A DNA stretch of 32,000 bases. It comes from Demequinaceae bacterium. GTDB taxonomy: Bacteria > Actinomycetota > Actinomycetes > Actinomycetales > Demequinaceae. Both the position numbers and the translations under genes were made by a program. The stretch is taken from assembly GCA_965250005.1 (NCBI GenBank), contig OZ252279.1, positions 1,050,001 through 1,082,000 of the forward strand, in the 5' to 3' direction. This document shows, one piece after another, positions 25,692 through 32,000 of this stretch (positions within the stretch are counted from its first letter, which is position 1; every line of letters starts with the position of its first letter). Below the pieces are notes generated by a model. The model ran no database searches. It was not told where the DNA came from and worked only from the letters and a program-made list of their open reading frames with translations.

Positions 25692-26567
25692 CTAGCCGCC
25701 CGCAAGAACGCGGGCAGGCGTCTCTGTGGCGGCGCGCTCAGCGACGGCACGCGGGACTCCCGCAGCAACCACCGCCTCCACCGCGCGGTCCATCGTCAGC
25801 GTTGACCCCGCCAGCGTGTTCGTTCCCGCGACGCGGGCCACGCCGTCGGTCACCTCAACCTCAAGTGAGCCGAGGTCGAAGTGCCCGTCCTGTGACGCCG
25901 CGGCCGCCATCGCGTCGGTGACGAGCACCACCCGGTCAGGCGTGGCCGCGAACAGCCATCGCAAGTTGACGGGCGAGACGTGTACGCCGTCTGCGATCAC
26001 CTCGATGAATACTCGGTCGTCGGCCAGAGCCGCGCCGAGCGGCCCCGGCTCTCGGCCCGCCACGGGCGGCATCGCGTTGAAAGCGTGCGTGACAAGAGTG
26101 GCTCCCGCGTCGAAGGCCGCGAGCGCTTGCTCGGCGCGGGCGTCGGTGTGGCCCACCGCGACCACGACGCCAGCTTCCCGGAACGCGCGCACGGCATCTA
26201 TCGCACCGGGCAACTCCGGAGCAATGGTGACTTGACGAAGTATCCCCGCCGACGCGGCGATTAGGGCGGCGAGGTCTTCGGCCGCGGGGTTCAGCAGCGC
26301 AGAGACGTCGTGAGCGCCCTTACGCGAAGCCGCGAGGAACGGCCCTTCAAGGTGGGCGCCCAATATCCCAGCGTCCCGCGCCATGGCCGCACGCACTACC
26401 TCGAGTTGCCTGGTTGTCTCGGCAAGGGGGCTCGATACGAGCGAGGCCACGACGCCTGCCGTGCCGTGCGAGCGGTGCGCTGCGGCCGCGGCGAGCGTGC
26501 CGTCGACGGTGCCCCCAAACGCGTGACCGCCTCCGCCGTGGCAGTGGATGTCAACGTAGGCCGCCAT
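25692..26567 (-). CDS. nagA: N-acetylglucosamine-6-phosphate deacetylase, TIM-barrel-only form (both termini short)
   Basis: The catalytic set is present: DIHCHGGGG, HLEGPFL, VGHTDA, THAFNAM, VTDAMAAA, LAGSTLTMD. The protein starts right at the HxH strand (ATG 26567, 4 nt after the nagB stop) and stops right after ...ETPARVLAGG. This makes it about 291 aa, against my recollection of about 380 for typical NagA. Confidence 0.75.
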   Translation of the reverse strand: MAAYVDIHCHGGGGHAFGGTVDGTLAAAAAHRSHGTAGVVASLVSSPLAETTRQLEVVRAAMARDAGILGAHLEGPFLAASRKGAHDVSALLNPAAEDLAALIAASAGILRQVTIAPELPGAIDAVRAFREAGVVVAVGHTDARAEQALAAFDAGATLVTHAFNAMPPVAGREPGPLGAALADDRVFIEVIADGVHVSPVNLRWLFAATPDRVVLVTDAMAAAASQDGHFDLGSLEVEVTDGVARVAGTNTLAGSTLTMDRAVEAVVAAGVPRAVAERAATETPARVLAGG

Positions 26568-26571
26568 GACG

Positions 26572-27354
26572 CTATAGCCCCTGCCAATCTGGCTTGTTGG
26601 CTTGCGCCATACGGTAGTAGTCCAGGTGGACCAGCGCCGCGGAAGCGGGTTCATCAACTACGACGGTCACGTGCGGGTGAAGTTGGATTGCGGAGGCCGG
26701 CATGGACGCGGACAGCGGGCCTTCGAGGGCCGCCGCCACAGCATCCGCCTTGACCGCACCGAACGCGAGCATCACCAGGTGCCGCGCCCGCAGGATCGTG
26801 CCTAGGCCCTGAGTCACCGAGTGGAGCGGCACGTCCTCAGGTGAGTCGAAGAACCGCGCGTTGTCGCGGCGCGTTTGTTCGGTGAGCGTCTTCACGCGAG
26901 TCAGGGAGGCGAAACTCGACCCGGGCTCGTTGAACGCGATGTGCCCATCGGTGCCGACACCGAGTAGCTGCACGTCCACCCCGCCTGATGCGATGAGGAG
27001 CTGCTCGTATCGCTCCCCCGCGGTTTCAATCGTGGCTCGCGATCCATCCGGCACGTTTACGCGGCTCGGGTCGAGGCCAAGCGGCTTGGTCACTTCGCGA
27101 TCGACGACGGCGCGGTAACTCTCGGGGTGGTCCGGGGAAAGGCCCACATACTCGTCTAGCGCGAAAGCGCTGGACTGGGAGAAGTCGATCCCGTCGTCGG
27201 ATTGATCTGCGAGTGCGCGATACACGGGGATTGGTGTCGATCCCGTCGCTACCCCGAGACACAACGTTGGTTCGTCGGCAACCCTGCGCGCGATGTAGTC
27301 GCCCACCAGGGCCCCTGCGTCCGCGGGGGTGTCAACAACCAATACCTCAGCCAC
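26572..27354 (-). CDS. nagB: Glucosamine-6-phosphate deaminase
   Basis: LGVATGSTP, EYVGL, LLGVGTDGHIAFNEPGS and LQLHP motifs. GTG 27354 (VAEVLVV...) gives about 260 aa and overlaps the ROK gene stop by 8 nt. Confidence 0.9.
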   Translation of the reverse strand: MAEVLVVDTPADAGALVGDYIARRVADEPTLCLGVATGSTPIPVYRALADQSDDGIDFSQSSAFALDEYVGLSPDHPESYRAVVDREVTKPLGLDPSRVNVPDGSRATIETAGERYEQLLIASGGVDVQLLGVGTDGHIAFNEPGSSFASLTRVKTLTEQTRRDNARFFDSPEDVPLHSVTQGLGTILRARHLVMLAFGAVKADAVAAALEGPLSASMPASAIQLHPHVTVVVDEPASAALVHLDYYRMAQANKPDWQGL

Positions 27355-28237
27355 GTCCTGCCCCTCGCATCGCGGCACCAATAGCCGCGATGGGCAGTTT
27401 CGCGTCAAGCAGACGCATGCGCTCGCCAAGCGCCACCGACGTGAGAAACGCGGAGCGCGCCTCCCACGCGGCTATCTTCCGTCGGGCGCCCTCCAGCAGC
27501 GGTTCGCCGATGCCCACGAGGCCGCCGCCTATGACGACCTCCTCGACGTCGAGAGTCAGTACAAGTAGTCGCACCGCGGACGCCACGCCAAAGTAGAGGC
27601 GGTCGCGAATCCGTCCCGCGAGTTCGTCGGTTTCTGCCGTCGCAAGTACCTCTGTCGCGGTGGTGCCGCCGCCGGCCTGGCGGACGATTCCGCTCCCTGC
27701 TGCGTAGGTCTCGAGGCATCCGTGGAGCCCATCGGCGTCGACCGGACCGGCGGGGTCAACCGCCACGTAGCCAATCTCACCGGCGGCACCGTTCGCGCCG
27801 CGCCAAATCTTCCCGTCGAGCACGATTCCGGCGGCGAGCCCCGTCCCGATGTTCAAGTACGCAACGGAGCGGCTACCGTTGCGCGCCAAGATCCAAGCGC
27901 CCACGGCGGCGGCGTTCACGTCGTTGTCAACCACTGGCCGCATGCCCCAGGTCGCAGCGAGCGCGCTTCCCAGGTCAAGCCGCTCAATGCCCAGGTTGAG
28001 CGCGTGGGTGACGACGCCGTCGTCAACCCCGCCAGGTATGCCCACGCCAATGGACGCGGCTTGGGACGGGTTGATCCCAGCGGCGTCGCATACATTCGCC
28101 ATCGCTTCAGCTGCTGTCGCGAGCACAACGTCGGGACCGTGGCCGGTGTCGAGGCGGTGCCGGTGAAGGACCGCTCCCTCCCCGTCGGTGATGACGGCGT
28201 CCGTCTTGGTGCCGCCGATGTCGAGCCCGATGTGCAC
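27347..28237 (-). CDS. ROK-family sugar kinase (probable N-acetylglucosamine kinase) with a non-canonical zinc-site motif
   Basis: N-terminal LDIGGTKTD ATP-binding motif, VDNDVNAAAVGA and GTGLAAG. The ROK signature reads AGEIGY...VDADGLHGCLE. GTG start 2 nt after the GH3 stop. Confidence 0.8.
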   Translation of the reverse strand: MHIGLDIGGTKTDAVITDGEGAVLHRHRLDTGHGPDVVLATAAEAMANVCDAAGINPSQAASIGVGIPGGVDDGVVTHALNLGIERLDLGSALAATWGMRPVVDNDVNAAAVGAWILARNGSRSVAYLNIGTGLAAGIVLDGKIWRGANGAAGEIGYVAVDPAGPVDADGLHGCLETYAAGSGIVRQAGGGTTATEVLATAETDELAGRIRDRLYFGVASAVRLLVLTLDVEEVVIGGGLVGIGEPLLEGARRKIAAWEARSAFLTSVALGERMRLLDAKLPIAAIGAAMRGAGRG

Positions 28238-28239
28238 GG

Positions 28240-29682
28240 TCAGTTTCCGATCGTGGTGAGGAGGGCGGTTCCCACAAGGCGGGAGGAGCCAAAAGTGGCG
28301 ATGTCCGCATATGCGAGGGTCGGCTCTGGCCAGCCCATGTCGACCACGATCACGTCGCCGCGCTCGCGGAGGGCATCGATCGCTCCACGCGCGAAGGCGT
28401 GGCGGTGATTGTCCTTGCCGACAATCACCGGCAGGTGGCCTTCCGGCACTGCGGCCACGAGCTTGCTTGTGTCACCGTCCTCACCAAGGCTCGCCAGCGG
28501 TACCAGTTCTTCACCGAATGGGCCCCAAGGCGAGGCGCCGACGGCGATGTTCGCTGCCGGCTCGAGCCGCAGCCAGGCGACGGGTCGACCCTCGGCCAGC
28601 GCAGCACGCACGTGCGGAGCAACGGTGAAGGCGGCGGCGACCTGCTCCGCACCCAGGCCGTTCACCGCACCTAGGATCAGGGACGCGGGCACGGGGGTGT
28701 CGGCACGCCCGTTCGCCAAGCGGGACCCGAGTTCGCGGACGCGCGCACCCGCATCCTGCAGGCGGCCGGCGTCTAGCTCACCAGCAGCAATCGCCACGTC
28801 GAGCGCTGCGGCGATCTCGCCCACTTGTTCGTCCGTGTTCTCAGTTCCGATGCACAGCAGGTCGCAGCCGCCCGCGACGGCGAGTACGGCGGCGGCTGGG
28901 ATGCCGCGCCCGGCGCTCGCGCCCGCCATGTCCAGCGCGTCGGAGACGATAACGCCCTCGAAACCGAACTCCTCGCGAAGCAGCCCCTGGAGTATGGGTG
29001 ACGAGAACGTTGCGGGCAGTTCTGGATCGAGCGCGGGAACCATGATGTGCGACGTCATAATCGTGTCTGTGCCAGCCTCGATCACCGCGCGAAACGGTGC
29101 GAGCTCGCGCTCGCGCACGTGCGCCTCCGTGCCCGTCACGGTCGGTAGGTCCACGTGGGAGTCCTGCGCTGTGTCGCCGTGTCCAGGGAAGTGCTTGGCG
29201 CTCGCGGCGACGCCGGTCGACTGGACACCCTTGACCCACGCGGCGCCCTGCTCCCCCACGACGGCGGCGTCGTCGCCAAAACTACGTACGCCGATCACGG
29301 GGTTGAGGGGATTCGAGTTGACGTCAACGTCAGGCGCAAGGCACAACGACACGCCCACATCGCGCAACTCCCACCCCACCTGTTCGCCGACACTCTCCGT
29401 AAGGGAGGCGTCCGCGAGCCTGCCGAGCACCGCGTTTCCCGGGAACGGCGATCCACTGTGCTGATAAAGGCGAGAGACGTCGCCCCCTTCTTCATCAACA
29501 GCAATGATTGCGTGCGGGTTGGCAGCGTAGATGGAATCCGTAAGTTCTCGCAATTGCTGCGGCGAACTAACATTTGTGCCGAAGAGGCACACTCCACCCA
29601 GTCCGCTGCGTAGTCGGCGCGCGAGCCAGTCAGGAAGCTCAAGTCCGACAAAGCCGGGCATAAGCACAGTCAAATGGCTCAT
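28240..29682 (-). CDS. Glycoside hydrolase family 3, NagZ-like beta-N-acetylhexosaminidase (cytoplasmic, no signal peptide seen)
   Basis: GH3 N-domain motifs: IAVDEEGG.V.RL, NPVIGVRSFG, KHFPGHGDT..DSH, IMTSHI. ATGA overlap with the upstream permease stop. Confidence 0.85.
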   Translation of the reverse strand: MSHLTVLMPGFVGLELPDWLARRLRSGLGGVCLFGTNVSSPQQLRELTDSIYAANPHAIIAVDEEGGDVSRLYQHSGSPFPGNAVLGRLADASLTESVGEQVGWELRDVGVSLCLAPDVDVNSNPLNPVIGVRSFGDDAAVVGEQGAAWVKGVQSTGVAASAKHFPGHGDTAQDSHVDLPTVTGTEAHVRERELAPFRAVIEAGTDTIMTSHIMVPALDPELPATFSSPILQGLLREEFGFEGVIVSDALDMAGASAGRGIPAAAVLAVAGGCDLLCIGTENTDEQVGEIAAALDVAIAAGELDAGRLQDAGARVRELGSRLANGRADTPVPASLILGAVNGLGAEQVAAAFTVAPHVRAALAEGRPVAWLRLEPAANIAVGASPWGPFGEELVPLASLGEDGDTSKLVAAVPEGHLPVIVGKDNHRHAFARGAIDALRERGDVIVVDMGWPEPTLAYADIATFGSSRLVGTALLTTIGN

Positions 29683-30518
29683 CCCTTAACTGCACCACCC
29701 ACGAGCCCGGCAGTCATGCGGCCCTGGACGAACATGAAGAAGATGATAACGGGCACGGCGACAAGCGCCGACGCCGCCATCACTTCTCCCCAGTTGGTCG
29801 TATTGATGGCCGATTCTGAGATGTACGAGCGCAGCCACAAGGGCAGCGTCTGAGCGTCACCCGCGGGAAGCAGGATCAGCGCGATCGCAAATTCGTTCCA
29901 CGCCTGCAGGAACGCGTACACGCCCGACGCTACGAGCCCGGGAGCGAGCAGCGGGAACGTGATGCGCATAAAGGCTTGGTTGCGGGTGAGCCCGTCGACC
30001 ATGCCTGCTTCCTCAAGCTCAGCGGGGACACTGAGCACGAATCCGCGCAGCATCCACACCGTGAACGGCAGCACCGCAGCGGTGTAGATGATCGTGACGC
30101 CGATGACCGTGTTGAGCATGCCAAGTGACGCGATCATCTTGTATTGGGCGATGAACAGTGCCTCGGCGGGCAGCATCTGCACAATGAGGACGACGAGCAA
30201 GAATGACCGCCGGCCACGGAAGCGGAACCGAGAGATGGCGAGCGCGGCGAAAAACGCGAATACAATCGCGACCAAAACGGTGATCCCCGTAATCGCCGCA
30301 GAATTTCCGAGCGCGTTGAGGAAGCCGGAACTGAAGATGACGGTTCGGAAGTTGTCGAAGTCTCCCCCGAACGGCACGAAGGTGGGTTCGAGGCGAGTAA
30401 GCGTGCCCTGTGACAGGAAAGACGAATTGATCATCCAATAGACGGGGAACGCCCAGCCGAGGGCAACGGCGATCGCGAAGCCTCCAACAATGAGGCGGGT
30501 CTTGGGTCGACGAATCAT
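29679..30518 (-). CDS. Carbohydrate ABC transporter permease (MalG/NgcG-like)
   Basis: Six hydrophobic helices and an EAA-type loop (ELEEAGMVDGLTRNQAFMRITFPLLAPG). ATGA overlap with the upstream permease. Confidence 0.85.
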   Translation of the reverse strand: MIRRPKTRLIVGGFAIAVALGWAFPVYWMINSSFLSQGTLTRLEPTFVPFGGDFDNFRTVIFSSGFLNALGNSAAITGITVLVAIVFAFFAALAISRFRFRGRRSFLLVVLIVQMLPAEALFIAQYKMIASLGMLNTVIGVTIIYTAAVLPFTVWMLRGFVLSVPAELEEAGMVDGLTRNQAFMRITFPLLAPGLVASGVYAFLQAWNEFAIALILLPAGDAQTLPLWLRSYISESAINTTNWGEVMAASALVAVPVIIFFMFVQGRMTAGLVGGAVKG

Positions 30519-31486
30519 GCTTGCTCGTCCTCCTTAAGTAGCTGACGGACGTAAGCCCAACTGAGCCCGATCGTAATAAACATGACGATGATGGCTGCGG
30601 CCGACGCGAGCCCGAAATCTTGGGCTCCGGTTCCGAGTTTGTAGATGTAGGTGCCAAGGAGGTCATACCGCGAGCCGAACGACCCGGCATCTTGCAGAAG
30701 TGTGATCTGCGCAAAGACGCGAAGGTCCCAAATGAGTTGCAGCAGAAACACGATCGCGAGCACGGGGCGAATGATGGGCAGCATGATCAGCCGGAGCATC
30801 TTCCAGCCGTTTGCGCCGTCGATCTGCGCAGCCTCCAAGATCTCTTCGTTCACCGTTGTAAATCCGGCGTAGACGGAGAACGCGACAAAGGGCACGGACG
30901 CCCAGACAATGATCATCGAGGCGACCATGAAGAAACTCCACGGTTCCACGAGCCAGTCATGACCAATCATGTCTACACCCGGGATGAGGCTAAGCAGGTG
31001 GTTGAATACGCCGTTACGTTTGTCTACCAACCATGTCCACACGGTCAGTTGAGCGACGATGGGCATGGCCCAAGCCAGCAGCATGGCGATCTGAAGAGTG
31101 ATGCGGGGCACGCGCGAGACGGCGCGCATGAGAACTGCGAGGCCGATCCCGAGGGCCATGGTCACGGTGGCTGTTGCCAGTGTGAAGGCAACGGATTTGG
31201 CGGTGATAAACCAGAATTCTCCGCCCGTAATGAGTTCTACGTAGTTCTGGAAGCCGACCCACGGCGCGGGCTGGCCAAACTGTTGCGAGAGACCGAACTC
31301 TTTGAAGGAGGTCACGATCTGCCAGATGAGTGGGTAGCCGGTGCCGACCAGCAGGATAATCGAGGCGCCGATGAGCAGCAGGTACGGGGTCTTCACGCGG
31401 CGCTTTTCGTTCTTGCGGCGGTTGTTTAGATTTTCCTCGGCGGCGACATCCTTTGTGCGGGACGGGCTGGCGGTGGGAGTGCCCAT
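30515..31486 (-). CDS. Carbohydrate ABC transporter permease (MalF/NgcF-like)
   Basis: Hydrophobic helices and an EAA loop (ILEAAQIDGANGWKMLRLIMLPIIRP). Strong RBS GGAAGGAGGAG upstream of ATG 31486. Confidence 0.85.
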   Translation of the reverse strand: MGTPTASPSRTKDVAAEENLNNRRKNEKRRVKTPYLLLIGASIILLVGTGYPLIWQIVTSFKEFGLSQQFGQPAPWVGFQNYVELITGGEFWFITAKSVAFTLATATVTMALGIGLAVLMRAVSRVPRITLQIAMLLAWAMPIVAQLTVWTWLVDKRNGVFNHLLSLIPGVDMIGHDWLVEPWSFFMVASMIIVWASVPFVAFSVYAGFTTVNEEILEAAQIDGANGWKMLRLIMLPIIRPVLAIVFLLQLIWDLRVFAQITLLQDAGSFGSRYDLLGTYIYKLGTGAQDFGLASAAAIIVMFITIGLSWAYVRQLLKEDEQA

Positions 31487-31542
31487 ATTCCTACTCCTCC
31501 TTCCTTGATGATGAGAGGGGAAAGTTTGGTGTATTACACCCA

Positions 31543-31575
31543 GGTCGGGCCGCGGTTTTTGGCCGCGGCCCGACC
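31543..31575 (-). promoter_or_regulatory. Perfect 13-bp GC-rich stem-loop between the binding-protein gene and the permease genes
   Basis: GGTCGGGCCGCGG (31543-31555) pairs perfectly with CCGCGGCCCGACC (31563-31575) around a 7-nt loop. There is no U tract after it on the minus-strand transcript. Confidence 0.6.
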
Positions 31576-31596
31576 CGAGATAGTTCCTCTTGGCTA

Positions 31597-32000
31597 CTAG
31601 CCGTTGAGGAGCGGGTTGATCTTTTCGTCGTACTCGCTAGCGAGGTCGGCGATGTTTCCACCGTCGGCAACCGCCTGGAAGAACTCTTCCAGGAATCCGG
31701 AGCCTTCGACGGCAGCCCATCCGGGCGCTGCCGGGGTGAGCTTCGACACGAGTGCCGTGTCCCAAGCGATCTGACGGAAGTCGTCAGTCACGAAGGACGC
31801 TTCAGCGGACGAGTTGGCCGGGCCAAGCCCGTTCTCGCCAAGCATCGCCTGGAAGTCGTCAGAGAAGATGATGCGCAGTAGTTCGCGCGCACCCTCCTGG
31901 TTCTGCGACGCAGCGGAGATACCAATGTTGGATCCACCAGCGAACACCGGCGCAAGGCCGCCGTCCACACCAGGCAGGCCATAGGCGCCATTCACAGCGT
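31597..32000 (-). CDS. ABC transporter extracellular solute-binding protein, C-terminal part (gene continues beyond the window)
   Basis: The frame is open to the right window edge. The C-terminal sequence (...GPANSSAEASFVTDD...TPAAPGWAAVEGSGFLEEFFQAV...) resembles family-1 sugar-binding proteins. It is first in line with the two permeases. Confidence 0.7.
   Translation of the reverse strand, partial: AVNGAYGLPGVDGGLAPVFAGGSNIGISAASQNQEGARELLRIIFSDDFQAMLGENGLGPANSSAEASFVTDDFRQIAWDTALVSKLTPAAPGWAAVEGSGFLEEFFQAVADGGNIADLASEYDEKINPLLNG

Noticed and set aside
26568-26657. Upstream extension of the nagA ORF (MMNPLPRRWSTWTTTVWRKPTSQIGRGYSV) as a possible N-terminal domain
   Set aside because: It lies inside the well-conserved C-terminus of nagB in another frame and bears no resemblance to the NagA N-terminal beta strands. 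ATG 26567, just after the nagB stop, is the sensible start.
1-32000. Search for defence systems, toxin-antitoxin pairs, CRISPR repeats, IS elements, integrases or compositional islands
   Set aside because: I noticed no repeat arrays, terminal inverted repeats, recombinase or transposase-like ORFs, or marked GC shifts. The gene content is conserved housekeeping or core metabolism with synteny typical of Actinobacteria.

Overview
High-GC actinobacterial chromosomal core region (GC roughly two-thirds by eye). It holds 28 protein-coding genes, tightly packed and often translationally coupled. I found no rRNA, tRNA, CRISPR array, transposase, integrase or phage gene. Left to right: (1) an Mph/APH-fold kinase-like gene convergent with the adnA-adnB helicase-nuclease pair. 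(2) A DUF3152 / DUF3107 / DEAD-box helicase block; from memory this order matches the Mycobacterium Rv3201c-Rv3211 neighbourhood. (3) PHP phosphoesterase, flavodoxin-fold reductase and an M24B aminopeptidase. (4) A soluble MgtE_N+CBS protein, a DUF1003 membrane protein and an Mrp-type ATPase. (5) A small membrane protein, galK and xthA. (6) A co-directional minus-strand string: GNAT, membrane protein, ZTP riboswitch, glyA, folD, DUF2142-like membrane protein, xthA, with purU divergent from it. (7) A seven-gene GlcNAc/chitobiose operon: binding protein (partial at the window edge), two permeases, GH3 NagZ-like, ROK kinase, nagB, nagA. No defence island or mobile element is visible. The most interesting signals are a clear ZTP (pfl) riboswitch ahead of glyA-folD, several enzymes whose catalytic or metal-ligand motifs are substituted (APH-fold pseudokinase, Cys-less Mrp, ROK kinase with a Y/D/D/C site), a nagA reduced to its TIM barrel, the uncharacterised split-MgtE/DUF1003/Mrp cluster, and a recurring leaderless-promoter geometry. 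All homology calls come from by-eye motif recognition, not database searches.
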